From the NCBI GenBank assembly GCA_001600695.1, contig BCKQ01000023.1:38354-102353 (forward strand): a stretch of DNA of 64,000 nucleotides, in the 5' to 3' direction. The notes under the pieces are model-generated. The model worked only from the letters and a program-made list of their open reading frames with translations. It ran no database searches and had not been told where the DNA came from. Every line of letters starts with the position of its first letter. Position 1 is the first letter of the stretch. The stretch is from Ascoidea asiatica JCM 7603. Taxonomy: Eukaryota; Fungi; Ascomycota. The position numbers and the translations under genes are program-made. Of this stretch, positions 44,813 through 56,207 are shown one piece after another.

Positions 44813-46324
44813 ATGGATCAGATAAATCATATTCAGGAGAGTAGTTTTAAAAATCAATCATTAAATTCAATAAATACAATAAACAATGTGATGCAAATAA
44901 ATAAGTTAAATTCAATTGATAATACTAATCAAGATAATGAAAACATGGGTGTATTAAAGATTCTTAATTCCAATACAATTTCTAATTTATCAATTCAAAA
45001 ATCTAATTTTAAAAATATTGATACCAAAAAAAAGCTCAGTTCTCTGATATTAACAGAAGAGGAAGCAAAAATACAAAATCAGAATTCTCTTAAATATAAT
45101 CCATTCAAAAAAAATAAACCAAATAATTTACATAATTTAAATAAAAAAAATAATTGGAGTAATACAAATACTACATTTTCTGTTAGATATTTACATAAAA
45201 ATCAAAATAATATATTTCGAAATAATATCAAGAAACTTAAAAAGCCCATAAATGATTCAAAGCTATTAATTAAAACAAAAAGTAAAAATGAAATGAAAAT
45301 CATAAAAAAGGAAAATGTAAATATTTCAAAAAATGAAGTCGTTTCCAACAATAAATTCAGTTCCAACAATAAATTGATTTCAAATAATGAAATCATTTCA
45401 GGGAACAGAATTATCTCAAAGAATTTAAAAGTTTCTAAGAGTAAAATCATTTCAAAGAATTCAATCATTTCAAAAAATCTAAGTGTTCCAAACAAAAAAG
45501 ACTCAAAAACCAAAGCTAAAATTCAATCTAAGCAAATTTTAGAAAAACAAGAAAATAATAAAGTAGAAATCATTCAGTATTTAAAAGATCCTCTTCAATA
45601 TAAATTTTCTGATAATACAATAATTACAATAACTTCATCTGACTTCAGTTGTTTAGAAAATAATAAATGGATAAATGACACTTTAATTGATTTTTTTTTT
45701 AAATTTTATGTTGAGAAATTTACTAAACGAGATAAAATAACTTCATCATCTTGTATTTGTTTATTAAATTCTTATTTTTTTACAAAATTATTATCCATTG
45801 ATGATGGAAATTATTTTGAAAATTTGAATGGTTGGGTAGAAAAATTTGATTTATTCAATTATGAATATATTATTTTTCCAATTAATGAAAATTATCATTG
45901 GTATGGAATAATCATACCAAGAATTTATAATATTTTACACTCTAAAAAAGTATATTGTTATGTTTTAGATAGTCTTAATTGTAAACATCAAAATTTAAAT
46001 AAATTCAAAAGATTTATTTTACAATATTGTATTAAGAAATTTGATTCTAAAATCCCAGAAAATTTAATCAATTTTAAAACTGCTTTAGTTCCAATTCAAG
46101 ATAATTATGTTGATTGTGGTATACATCTTATATTTAATATCAAAGTATTTCTAGAGAATATTAGAAAATGTTTAAAACTTTGGAATAATCCAAATTCTTT
46201 GAAATCTTTTAAAAATATTTTATTTCAACAAAATGAAAGAGCTTTATTTAGAAATGAACTCAGAAAAAAATTAATAAATCTTGAATTGAAAAACAAATCA
46301 AAAAACATGAAGCTGAAAAAGTAA
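44813..46324 (+). CDS. Ulp/SENP (peptidase C48) SUMO protease, short Ulp2-like paralog
   Basis: WINDTLIDFF, NSYFFTKL, FPINENYHWY, VLDSL and QDNYVDCG motifs; the His-Asp-Cys triad is intact. Confidence 0.9.
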   Translation: MDQINHIQESSFKNQSLNSINTINNVMQINKLNSIDNTNQDNENMGVLKILNSNTISNLSIQKSNFKNIDTKKKLSSLILTEEEAKIQNQNSLKYNPFKKNKPNNLHNLNKKNNWSNTNTTFSVRYLHKNQNNIFRNNIKKLKKPINDSKLLIKTKSKNEMKIIKKENVNISKNEVVSNNKFSSNNKLISNNEIISGNRIISKNLKVSKSKIISKNSIISKNLSVPNKKDSKTKAKIQSKQILEKQENNKVEIIQYLKDPLQYKFSDNTIITITSSDFSCLENNKWINDTLIDFFFKFYVEKFTKRDKITSSSCICLLNSYFFTKLLSIDDGNYFENLNGWVEKFDLFNYEYIIFPINENYHWYGIIIPRIYNILHSKKVYCYVLDSLNCKHQNLNKFKRFILQYCIKKFDSKIPENLINFKTALVPIQDNYVDCGIHLIFNIKVFLENIRKCLKLWNNPNSLKSFKNILFQQNERALFRNELRKKLINLELKNKSKNMKLKK

Positions 46325-46921
46325 AACAATTATTTTTGGAAATAGATCTGGCAATTAACCAACAAATAAATATAAAGTCGAAGATTCTATCACTATTTTT
46401 ATCTTTGGGGGATGTGTAAGCTCATAGATTATCACTATCTGGAATAAATTATTTCCAGTTCTGGTAACTGCTCAAGGTTTCGTCTATCACCGAAAGTTCA
46501 ACGGATCCACAGATTTGGATTCGAGGTGGACATTGCAGAGGGTTTTGCGTTGCGGTGTGCGTGCGCACAGTTTCGAGGAGCACCAGGAAAAATATATTTT
46601 CAGGCTTTGGACAAGAGAAGAAAAAAGGAAGCAAAAGTAAACAGACAAATAGATAAGTAGATAGACTTTTAGTTGATTAGATCGATAATAAAGTAAGTAT
46701 TTTGAATAATCAAGTAGTTAAAGAAAATAGCAAAAAAGGGAAGAAGTACTGTGTAATACTATGAGAAAAAAGTTTTTAGGTAAAGGACTTAACAGAAAAT
46801 AATAGAAATAACTAAAGTGTGTGGATGGAGAAGGCAAATTAAAAATTAGTTCGTTTCTCATTAAAGATTACATCAAGAAACTCCTTTTCAAGTATTTTGA
46901 ACCAAGAAAATCCTGACGAAT

Positions 46922-49900
46922 ATGGAGACAAAACCAAATTTTTTAAAGAAAGAATTTAATTCTTTGAGTTTAAATCATTCAAATCAATTGAGATCTCCAA
47001 AACGAAAATCAGTATATTCTAAACCAATATCAAAATCCAAAAAAGAATTGAGGAACTTCAGAAAAAACCCAAACTCGAAGGAAATTCTCCAAAGACTTCA
47101 AAAGAGTGATAGTAATACTTACAATTTTAAACTTAGAGGTGCCTCAAATACTTCAGATGCTTCAAAAAGAAATTCCTCAGATACTTCAAACACACCAGTT
47201 AGTCTCGGAAGTTATGATATAGCAGACCAAACTAGTCAAAATCAAATCAGTAAAGCTGAAATAATTAACCAGGAACAGGCAAAAACTATTTTTACTAGAA
47301 ATGGAAAGGAAACTTCAACTATAGAACTTGACAGCTCTAGTCAGCCTTCAAAGAAAAATATCACATTAATTAAAAACAATAACAATTCTTCTTCGATAGA
47401 AATTATACCGAATCATATAGGTGAAGATAAAAGACGCATGGATTTATGGACTGCTTCTAATGAAAAAAATGAAAAAAAGGAAAATAATCTCAACAATTTT
47501 TCAAAAGATTCAAATAATCGTACCACATCAACTGAATCAAATGAGCCTTTTGAAAAAAAACTAAATGCGGAAAATATAACTAAAGATAATTCAAATGGAA
47601 AACTTAAAACTTCTACTACTTTTGAAGATGAAAAAAATCATAATAATCTAGAATGTGGTAAAGATGAACTGAGAAATACCAAAAATTATCCCATTTCAGC
47701 ATATAATATCCCTATTATAAACAATACCGTTATGAAAGAAAGGGGTGAAGAACTTTCAGATGTACAAAATATTCAAAATGACTCTTTATATATAAATATG
47801 ATTTCGAATAAAGGGGAATTAATCAGTGATAACAAAGAAACAATAAAATTTAATAATGATAATATCCAATCCAGTTCAAATAAACATAATATTGAGGAAG
47901 ATAAAGGATCTATAACTCCTCTTACGACAGATATATTTAAAGACTCAACTTCTAGCCAATTTAATCAAAATCCAAAGGAGAAACGCGGTCATTCTAATTT
48001 AAAACTTGAATTTCCTTGTGCAGAAATTAAATCATCAACCATAGAGAACTTGAAACCTATTGACACTCATAAAAGAAAAATAAATGAGGCTTTTCGAGGT
48101 GAAAATGATCCCCTTTCACCAATGCAAGCGGATTTTATCAACCAAACTGAAGTTGGAAACAAAATCATATCAAAGTCTTCTCATTTAAATTCCAAATTGC
48201 AAATTGGTGTTCCAGCCGAAATCAAGAAGCAAAAGATAGCTGCGGAGGCTGATGCCAATAAAAAAATATGTAAACAATCAAAGGCAATTCAAAATCTTTC
48301 AACCTACTATAACCATTTGTCTACTATAGGATCTGATGTTGTACTATATTTTCATCTGATTGAATTCAATGGCTTTATCTATCCAAAAACGAGCAAGCAG
48401 AGGAACCCAAAACACACTAAAAAGAGAGGAAGGTATAAATTCAAATTTTCTAATAATAAGTTTTCTTTTGGTAGACGTTTTAAATTTTTGGATTGCAATA
48501 TTCTTACAGACATATCATTTTTGGAATATACTGATAATTACTTAACATTGATATTTAAAAAACCTTTTGAATCTTCCTTCAGTTTCAAAACAAATCGGAA
48601 TGCTCCTTTTAAAAAAGACTTCAAATCCATAAATATTTTTATTGAGAAATCCAGCATTGATCTTTATAAAAGTCTAATCCAGAGTCTTGAATTATATTTA
48701 AAGGAGAATATAAATGATAAAACTATTTTCCTCAAAATAAATCCCTCAGAAAGGGAAAAGGAATTAAATGATTTATTTAACCATTTTCCGACCCCTTCAA
48801 TTGTTACAGAAAAATCAAACTCTATTTCCAAAACACTAATCCAATTAAGCAAACCCGAAACTGAATGCCTGAGAATTTCACAGTCCCTTAAAAAAATAAA
48901 TGATGAGTCCGATGAAATTATAACACCATCTGTATTAGTTAAAGACATCAAAGAAAAATCTATTAAAGATACAAATACTTCAAACTGTAGTGAAATAGTC
49001 TGTGTTACTTTGAAAAATTTTTCGAATCCATTCAAATTTCCAGTACAATTGCAGGGAACTAAAATTCAGAAACCTCCCGAGAATGCTTCACCAAAACCAA
49101 CAAAAAATAGGAAAGAATTAATGGATTCCAATGAATCATCTAGCTCATTACACCAGCCGATAATCTCCATGAATATCTCAAAAGAAGATCAGAATTTATT
49201 TTCAAATGAAAAAAATGCTGAATATTCGCAGCAAAAAGAAACAAAAGCATGTAAGTCTGACGAGATTTTTTCAGAAACAGAGAAGTCTTCTAATTTAACC
49301 AAAGAAAGACAAGAAATACAAGAAATACAGAGTGCCTCAAGCAAATCAATAATTTCTTCAAAAAGCTTCACAAATCTCCATTTTCTTGCCAGGGAAAGAA
49401 CATTAAGATGCTCTTCTTTAATTAGTAAAGATTTTAGTTCTTTGAGCAATACTAAGACTTATCAAGGAAAAAATGCAAGAAAGAAAGCTAAAAATTCAAA
49501 AAAGAAAGCTAAAACAATAGAAATTTTAAAGGAGCTACCGTCAGATTCCGATTATACCCTGTTTGATACCACAGTCTTTGATACTACAATGGTTGATTCT
49601 TCTATGACAAATATTGGCTCCAGTGTGATGGATTTTACCATGACAGATTCTTTAAGAGATGTAATGGATCATACTAAGAGTATAGATGATAAAGTAAAAG
49701 AAAATAAGGAATCAATCCAGAATAATACTCTATCAAGTATAAGCAGTAATACTAGATCTCATAGAAAAATACAAGAGGAAAAATCCAATGAGGCGATAGA
49801 AAAACGAACATCTGAGGAAAATATAAATTTTAAAGATTCAGAGATTGTTTTGTATGCTCCTTTAGAATACAAATTTGAAGATAATAAATTAATGGTGATC

Positions 49901-50845
49901 AATAATACAGATTATAGATGTTTGATACCCAATGAATGGATTAACGACTCGTTGATTGATTTCTTTTTAAAGTTTTATCTTCAAAAGTCAATTGGAAATC
50001 TTTTGTGTAATAAAAATGACATTCATATATTTACGACTTTTTTCTTCACAAAACTATTAACAATTACTGAAGGCCGATATTTTGAAGCAATGAAAGGATG
50101 GGTAAGTAAAATTGATTTATTCAAATATAAATATATCATTTTTCCAGTCAATGAGAATTCTCATTGGTATGGTGTAATAATTTCAAATTTATCTGATATT
50201 CTAGAAGAAAAGCAAATAAGCTGTTATGTTTATGATAGTCTTAATCTAAAGCATAAAAGTATTGATAGATTAAAACAATTTATTGTTCAATATGTGAAAG
50301 CTAACAAAAAGCTAGAAATTTCAAAAAAATTAATTAAAGTAAGAAACTGTGATGTTCCTAAACAAGATAATTATGTAGATTGTGGTGTTCATCTTATTTT
50401 TAATACTAAGATATTTTTGGAAGATCATAGAGCATGTCTTAATTTTTGGAATTCTTTCAAGCATCCACAACAATCCAAAAAGACACTTTTTCCAAAGACA
50501 GAACGTGATCTATTTAGGAATGAACTTAGAGAAACATTAGACTCATTACAAAAAGCTCAAAACGTAAATGTTTCGTTGTCTAATCTGAATGAAAATGCGA
50601 ATTTAGATACTTCAGGTGATGAAAGTGAGTATGTAGAGATACTTGAAACAATTAAAGATCCAATAACCAAAGAATCTGATATTAATCATTCGGATATCAA
50701 AAATAATGCCTTTAGTAGTATTAACAACAATGATGATAACCAGCAATATAGCTCTGCTGTTCTACATAATGAAGAAAAAAATAATTTACACATTGCTATA
50801 TCGACGGATATTAATTTGAAGTCTAAGGAAGAATACTCAAATTGA
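46922..50845 (+). CDS. ULP2: Ulp2-like SUMO protease (peptidase C48), long form
   Basis: WINDSLIDFF, FTTFFFTKL, FPVNENSHWY, YDSL and QDNYVDCG motifs, with a long disordered N-terminus and a C-terminal tail. Confidence 0.8.
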   Translation: METKPNFLKKEFNSLSLNHSNQLRSPKRKSVYSKPISKSKKELRNFRKNPNSKEILQRLQKSDSNTYNFKLRGASNTSDASKRNSSDTSNTPVSLGSYDIADQTSQNQISKAEIINQEQAKTIFTRNGKETSTIELDSSSQPSKKNITLIKNNNNSSSIEIIPNHIGEDKRRMDLWTASNEKNEKKENNLNNFSKDSNNRTTSTESNEPFEKKLNAENITKDNSNGKLKTSTTFEDEKNHNNLECGKDELRNTKNYPISAYNIPIINNTVMKERGEELSDVQNIQNDSLYINMISNKGELISDNKETIKFNNDNIQSSSNKHNIEEDKGSITPLTTDIFKDSTSSQFNQNPKEKRGHSNLKLEFPCAEIKSSTIENLKPIDTHKRKINEAFRGENDPLSPMQADFINQTEVGNKIISKSSHLNSKLQIGVPAEIKKQKIAAEADANKKICKQSKAIQNLSTYYNHLSTIGSDVVLYFHLIEFNGFIYPKTSKQRNPKHTKKRGRYKFKFSNNKFSFGRRFKFLDCNILTDISFLEYTDNYLTLIFKKPFESSFSFKTNRNAPFKKDFKSINIFIEKSSIDLYKSLIQSLELYLKENINDKTIFLKINPSEREKELNDLFNHFPTPSIVTEKSNSISKTLIQLSKPETECLRISQSLKKINDESDEIITPSVLVKDIKEKSIKDTNTSNCSEIVCVTLKNFSNPFKFPVQLQGTKIQKPPENASPKPTKNRKELMDSNESSSSLHQPIISMNISKEDQNLFSNEKNAEYSQQKETKACKSDEIFSETEKSSNLTKERQEIQEIQSASSKSIISSKSFTNLHFLARERTLRCSSLISKDFSSLSNTKTYQGKNARKKAKNSKKKAKTIEILKELPSDSDYTLFDTTVFDTTMVDSSMTNIGSSVMDFTMTDSLRDVMDHTKSIDDKVKENKESIQNNTLSSISSNTRSHRKIQEEKSNEAIEKRTSEENINFKDSEIVLYAPLEYKFEDNKLMVINNTDYRCLIPNEWINDSLIDFFLKFYLQKSIGNLLCNKNDIHIFTTFFFTKLLTITEGRYFEAMKGWVSKIDLFKYKYIIFPVNENSHWYGVIISNLSDILEEKQISCYVYDSLNLKHKSIDRLKQFIVQYVKANKKLEISKKLIKVRNCDVPKQDNYVDCGVHLIFNTKIFLEDHRACLNFWNSFKHPQQSKKTLFPKTERDLFRNELRETLDSLQKAQNVNVSLSNLNENANLDTSGDESEYVEILETIKDPITKESDINHSDIKNNAFSSINNNDDNQQYSSAVLHNEEKNNLHIAISTDINLKSKEEYSN

Positions 50846-52234
50846 AAGATTAGGTAAAATACAGAATTATCAAATAAAAAAAAATTTAATTCAAAAGAAG
50901 ATCAAAGTTTAATTGTGACAGTTGATTATTTTGATTATATTAGATAAATGCATTCTATTTTTGATAGATGAGTTTCAAAACCCTAGGCTAATAAAATCTA
51001 GTTGATAAGTTGGGTAACAATGTGTAGAAAGTGATCATTTTTATACCTCATATTCATAAATATAACTAGCAAATTGTAACAGCTCCATTAGTATTGAGAT
51101 TCAAAAGACAGTAGGCAATTTACAGTCTACTAATATTATAGCCAAACTTGCTTTAAACCTCAAAATAGGTCGCTCTTATATCATTATTTTTATTTTTATT
51201 TTTATTTTTATTTTCATTTTCATTTTCATTTTCATTATTGTTTTCGTTTTTGTTCTTATTTCTTTATTGCATTTTATTTTTCTGCTAGATTTTTGTTCTT
51301 TTATAGTTGTGTTCTTATTTCCTATAGATTGTCATTTTTTTCTAGTTTAAATTGCAATAGTAGCTATAAATCTATGCCAACAAAGTGATGTTATTGTTTT
51401 TTTCCTTTCTTTACTTTCTGGTACTTCTGGTGCTTTATCTCAAGTTTGGCTCTGTTTCCTGCCGTAGTCCGGAAACATCCGCCAATTGTTGTCAGCAGAC
51501 TTCTGTACAATATGACGTCTAAACGCAGATACAAACGTTTTACAGTTTATAGGACAAGATGTTAGTGAACCGACCTATCTGCCCTGTAAACTTGAAATTT
51601 GCGTCCCACATCATTTTGTACCACACCTCTTTCCTAAACCCCTGGACTGGACCCCATCCTTGACCGTATTTGTCCTTGCTTCTGTCCCATTTCCCGCTTC
51701 TTACTGTGCTTCTGATTTTTCACCCTCTCATCGATCTTCGCCCACAAAAGAAGCTCTTGAATTCTCGTGTCAGCTTAACATTGGAGTTTCTGCTTCTTCT
51801 GCTTTCAGGCACACCTCATTTATATTTCCTTTTGGATTCGAATATTTTTTATTTACCAAATAAAGTATCTTTATTTTCCACTAATTTGTTCTAAAAAATT
51901 CTGAATATTATCATCTTATACTACTTTTTACTTTTTAAATATAATTTGTCTTTAGAATCTTTCTAAATAATTAATCCGGTCAAATAAAGTTTTTTTTCCT
52001 ATTCAATTTACCAATTCTTTTCACTATCTTTTATATCAATAAGTAAAAGCTAATCTCGACAACAAATCAATCTGTTTTGCATGATTTTCTTTTTTTTGTC
52101 TTTTTTATAAACTACGATCAATTCAATTATTCAATATTCCTAAAAATTTCTTATTTTTCTCATTGTTACTAAACTCATTTTTTATACTAATCATTTCTGT
52201 TTATTTTACTATTTTTATTTAACCAAAATCCAAT

Positions 52235-54160
52235 ATGTCTTCAAGAAAAACTTTACCAGGTGTAAGATCAACTTCACCATTAAATTCATCAGCATCTCCT
52301 ATTTCTTCTCAATCTTCATCTGAAATAGATCCTTTAAATCATATTACTTTTGAACCTTGTTTTCATTTGTCTAGAGTTTTGCTATCAAATGCTAAAAAAA
52401 CAATTTTAGAGCAATACTCTTTAGCTGTTAAAATTTCAATGATATCTCTGTTAACTTTATCTTCAAAATCTTCTAATAATCAGAATAATAATCAGAATAA
52501 TAATCAAAATAATAATCAAAATGGTATTCATAAAAGCTCTTCTTCAAATAATAGCAATAACAGTAATAATATCAATACAACTTTATGTTTTATTCAAAAA
52601 GGTAAAGATCCAAAAATTAAAAAAAACCTAATAATGGCAAATAAAGTTATAAAACTAAAATCAAAAGTTTTATGCTGTTCAGATTCAAATTGTAAATCTT
52701 ATATTGGTTTGAAATTTATGTGTTTACAATGTTCTCATATTGGTTGCTTTAATAAGAATCATGCTTTAAATCATTCTCAATTAACTAATCATATGTTCGC
52801 GATTTGTTCCAGTTCTGCAAATATGTTTTGTTTTAATTGTAAAACATATGTTGGTGATCCAATCTTAGAAAAAATTAGAATTAAAAACTTTAAATCTTGG
52901 AGTAAATATACAAATTTAAATCTGTTGAATTTATTTTATAATCATTCTGGTTTACCAATATATTCAACTCCTTTTGATAATCAATTATATAATGATAATA
53001 ATGTTTTACTAGTTGAAAAATATTCTCATTTACCTTCTTTTAAAGCTTCAACAGGTTTAAAAGGTTTTATAAATATGGGTTCAACATGTTTTATGAGTAC
53101 AATTTTACAAACTTTAATTCATAATCCTTTTATAAGAAATTATTTTTTAAGTGGAGTTCATGAAAAGTGTATTAAAAAAAATTTTAATGATTCTTCTTGT
53201 TTAACTTGTGCCATCGATGAAATTTTTTCTAATTTTTTTACATCAAATTCAACTACTGGCTTTGGTTTAACTAATTTTTTAAGTTCTGCTTGGAAATCAA
53301 ATAAATCTCTTGCAGGTTATTCAGAACAAGATGCTCATGAATTTTGGCAATTTATTGTTGATGAATTTCACAAAAATCATGTTTTTAATAAACAACGAAG
53401 TACTTTATTAAATAATACTGCTAATAATGATACAAAATTTAAATATAATGAAGATGGTGAAAAAATCTTAAATCATAGAGATTCAATAACTTCTTTATTA
53501 TCTTCTTCTGATTGTGAATGTATAACTCATAAAACTTTTGCTGGTAGTTTACAAAGTTCAATAAAATGTTCTGAATGTAAAAATATAACTTATACTTTAG
53601 ATCCAATGCTTGATTTATCTCTTGAAATTTCACCATTTAAAACAACTGTTTTAACAAAAACTGGAAAACCAAGTAAAGCTGTCAATATCAATAATAGTGC
53701 TTCGTTAAATGATTGCTTAGATTTATTTACTAACCCAGAAAGTTTAGATGTTAAATATGAATGTGGTAATTGTAAAGAAAGAACTTCTGCCACTAAAAAA
53801 TTAACAATAAAAAAATTACCTCCTGTTCTCACTATTCAATTGAAAAGATTTGAACATTTTGGTACATCTTCAAGCAAACTTGATATTCATATAAGATTTC
53901 CTTTCTTATTAGATATGGGAAAATATACAACAAATGATGGTAAAGATCCAATCGATCACTTGGGTACTAATACTTATGAATTGTTTGCAATAGTTTCTCA
54001 TGTTGGATCAGTGAATACTGGTCATTATATTGCAATGATCAAAGACAGCACTGGCCAATGGTTGAAATTTGATGATTCTGTTGTTACTGCAATAACTCAA
54101 AAAGAAGTTCTTTCAACTAAAGCATATCTCTTATTTTATATTATACATCAATTCCCTTGA
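52235..54160 (+). CDS. UBP8: SAGA histone H2B deubiquitinase Ubp8 (ZnF-UBP plus USP domain)
   Basis: CLQCSHIGC...H...H...CFNCKTY zinc finger, GLKGFINMGSTCFMS Cys box, EQDAHEFW, and HVGSVNTGHY His box. Confidence 0.95.
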   Translation: MSSRKTLPGVRSTSPLNSSASPISSQSSSEIDPLNHITFEPCFHLSRVLLSNAKKTILEQYSLAVKISMISLLTLSSKSSNNQNNNQNNNQNNNQNGIHKSSSSNNSNNSNNINTTLCFIQKGKDPKIKKNLIMANKVIKLKSKVLCCSDSNCKSYIGLKFMCLQCSHIGCFNKNHALNHSQLTNHMFAICSSSANMFCFNCKTYVGDPILEKIRIKNFKSWSKYTNLNLLNLFYNHSGLPIYSTPFDNQLYNDNNVLLVEKYSHLPSFKASTGLKGFINMGSTCFMSTILQTLIHNPFIRNYFLSGVHEKCIKKNFNDSSCLTCAIDEIFSNFFTSNSTTGFGLTNFLSSAWKSNKSLAGYSEQDAHEFWQFIVDEFHKNHVFNKQRSTLLNNTANNDTKFKYNEDGEKILNHRDSITSLLSSSDCECITHKTFAGSLQSSIKCSECKNITYTLDPMLDLSLEISPFKTTVLTKTGKPSKAVNINNSASLNDCLDLFTNPESLDVKYECGNCKERTSATKKLTIKKLPPVLTIQLKRFEHFGTSSSKLDIHIRFPFLLDMGKYTTNDGKDPIDHLGTNTYELFAIVSHVGSVNTGHYIAMIKDSTGQWLKFDDSVVTAITQKEVLSTKAYLLFYIIHQFP

Positions 54161-54437
54161 AATGTTTACCCTAATAAATCTTTTTTAAAAAAAAAGTAAG
54201 ATTATTTACTTCCTTTGATTACTTTATATTATTCTCAAAATCTTCTCTTCAAATTGAACAAAACTGCATTTTTTATTTTTTTTTTTAACTTCATCAAAAA
54301 CAATCAACAATGGATAAATTATTTTCTCATTAATTCTTTCCTATATGATATATTAACTATATTATATAGATTTTTACGAGCTTAAACTACCTATAACTAG
54401 CATATTACAAAAAAAATGAAATAGAAATAAAAGATTA

Positions 54438-56207
54438 TTATAAACTATACTTGAAGTATGGGCTCTTATCTCCCATTTCATAAAGATCAATAGAAGAGTA
54501 ATTATCGTATTTTCCTTTTTTGATATTTTCTTCATCTATTTTGTTAATTTTATTATAGGCAAACACAAGAATTAATAAACTGACTACTCCAATTCCAACG
54601 AACCCCAATTCCAAAGAGTGGCCCAAAATAAAATGAGGTGAATCTTGACTTCTATAGAAGTTAGAAGAAAATGCCCCTCCAAAATTTCCCATGCCAATAT
54701 GAAATGCCATTCCAATAGCTCTTTTATAATCCCCTTCTAGATTGTTAGCTAACCAGGAAACAACTCCAGCAAAAGCCGGGTTACTACCACAAGCAACTAA
54801 GAAAATTCCTGCATATATTGCTCCTGGCTTATCATTAACATCAACTCCAATACAAACTGAATAGCCAATTATTATAATTATGAAACTAAATAAAATAAAA
54901 GGAGATCTTTTTTTAGCTTTGTCTGATAATAGACCTTGTACAACACAAACAACAGAAGCTGTGAAATAAATCGGAATTGTTAATAATTGGGCTTTTGCAT
55001 TGGTATAGCCGAGTGTTTTGATAATGGTTGGTAAGAATAATGAAACGCCATAATTTGGGCAACATGAAGCATAATAAACCAATATATGGAGATATATTTG
55101 CCAATCTGAAAGGGCCTGTTTAAGATATTTTCGTGCTGGATGTTTGGTTAATTCTTCTCTTTTTTTAATTTCATTGAGTAGGTCTTCTCTAATTTTAATC
55201 TGGCTATTTGTTTCACATTCTTTCACTGATAAATTCTCAAGACCCGGTATTGTAGTTTTTCTGTCGTTATCTAGACGCTTTATAACATATGCTCTTTCTT
55301 TTTCTGTTAAAAATGTAGCTGTGTCTGGATAATCATGTAGGAAATAAAAGGCTGACAATGCAACAAGCACTGTTAGCAAACCTTCCAAAATAAAAATCCA
55401 TTTAAATCCTCTTAAACCTCCAATACCATCCATTTTAGCAATAGCAAAGGCTAAAAGCCCACTAAAAGCGCCGGCAATTGTAGCAGCTGAATAAAACATT
55501 GCTTGTCTATATTGGATTTCATCACGACAGTACCATTGAGTTAAATAATATGCAACACCTGGAAATAAACCTGCTTCTGCTACACCTAAGAAGAATCTAG
55601 CTGCGAATAAACCCGCGAAATTATGACAAAGTCCCATCAAAGTCATTATACCACCCCAAATTACCATTATAGTAGCTAACCAATATGATGGTCTTGTTTT
55701 TTTCAAAATAATGTTTGCAGGGACTTCAAATACAGTGTATGTGATGAAGAAAATAGTCAAACATATATTATATTGGTTTCCATGTAAATTCAAATCTTCA
55801 ACAAGTCCTTCAATTTTAGCGTTACCAATATTACCTCTATCCAAATACGCCAATAGGTATAATAAAGTCAACATTGGAAGCAAATGTAGATCTAATTTTC
55901 TTAACAATTTTTTTTCATTGATATCAGAAAATTCATAATCTACATTTATTGAGGTACCATCTTCTGCAGCTAAACTGGTTTCTGAAACATTATTAATATT
56001 TTTATCCTCTTTATCGGAATCATTAATCAAAATATCATCCATTCTTAAATGTTTGGATTTTTTACCAGTAACAACTGTGGTGGAAGTAGTAGTATTAGTG
56101 ATAAAACTTGTAAAGTTATTTGTTGTGTTTATAGACTCGGCATTTATAGTTGATTTTGAATCTCGTTTTTCAGCTAAATTTGTATCGTATAGTGTTTCGT
56201 TCTCCAT
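54438..56207 (-). CDS. MFS anion:cation symporter (Tna1/Dal5 family), paralog 1
   Basis: LLRKLDLHLLP, LDRGNIGNAKIEG, RFFLGVAEAGLFPG, WIFILEG and YPDTATFLT motifs. Confidence 0.92.
   Translation of the reverse strand: MENETLYDTNLAEKRDSKSTINAESINTTNNFTSFITNTTTSTTVVTGKKSKHLRMDDILINDSDKEDKNINNVSETSLAAEDGTSINVDYEFSDINEKKLLRKLDLHLLPMLTLLYLLAYLDRGNIGNAKIEGLVEDLNLHGNQYNICLTIFFITYTVFEVPANIILKKTRPSYWLATIMVIWGGIMTLMGLCHNFAGLFAARFFLGVAEAGLFPGVAYYLTQWYCRDEIQYRQAMFYSAATIAGAFSGLLAFAIAKMDGIGGLRGFKWIFILEGLLTVLVALSAFYFLHDYPDTATFLTEKERAYVIKRLDNDRKTTIPGLENLSVKECETNSQIKIREDLLNEIKKREELTKHPARKYLKQALSDWQIYLHILVYYASCCPNYGVSLFLPTIIKTLGYTNAKAQLLTIPIYFTASVVCVVQGLLSDKAKKRSPFILFSFIIIIIGYSVCIGVDVNDKPGAIYAGIFLVACGSNPAFAGVVSWLANNLEGDYKRAIGMAFHIGMGNFGGAFSSNFYRSQDSPHFILGHSLELGFVGIGVVSLLILVFAYNKINKIDEENIKKGKYDNYSSIDLYEMGDKSPYFKYSL

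Noticed and set aside
14378-54160. Apparent cluster of ubiquitin/SUMO genes (SAD1, CAND1, two Ulps, UBP8)
   Set aside because: Unrelated pathways interspersed with other genes; only the Ulp pair is a real tandem relationship.
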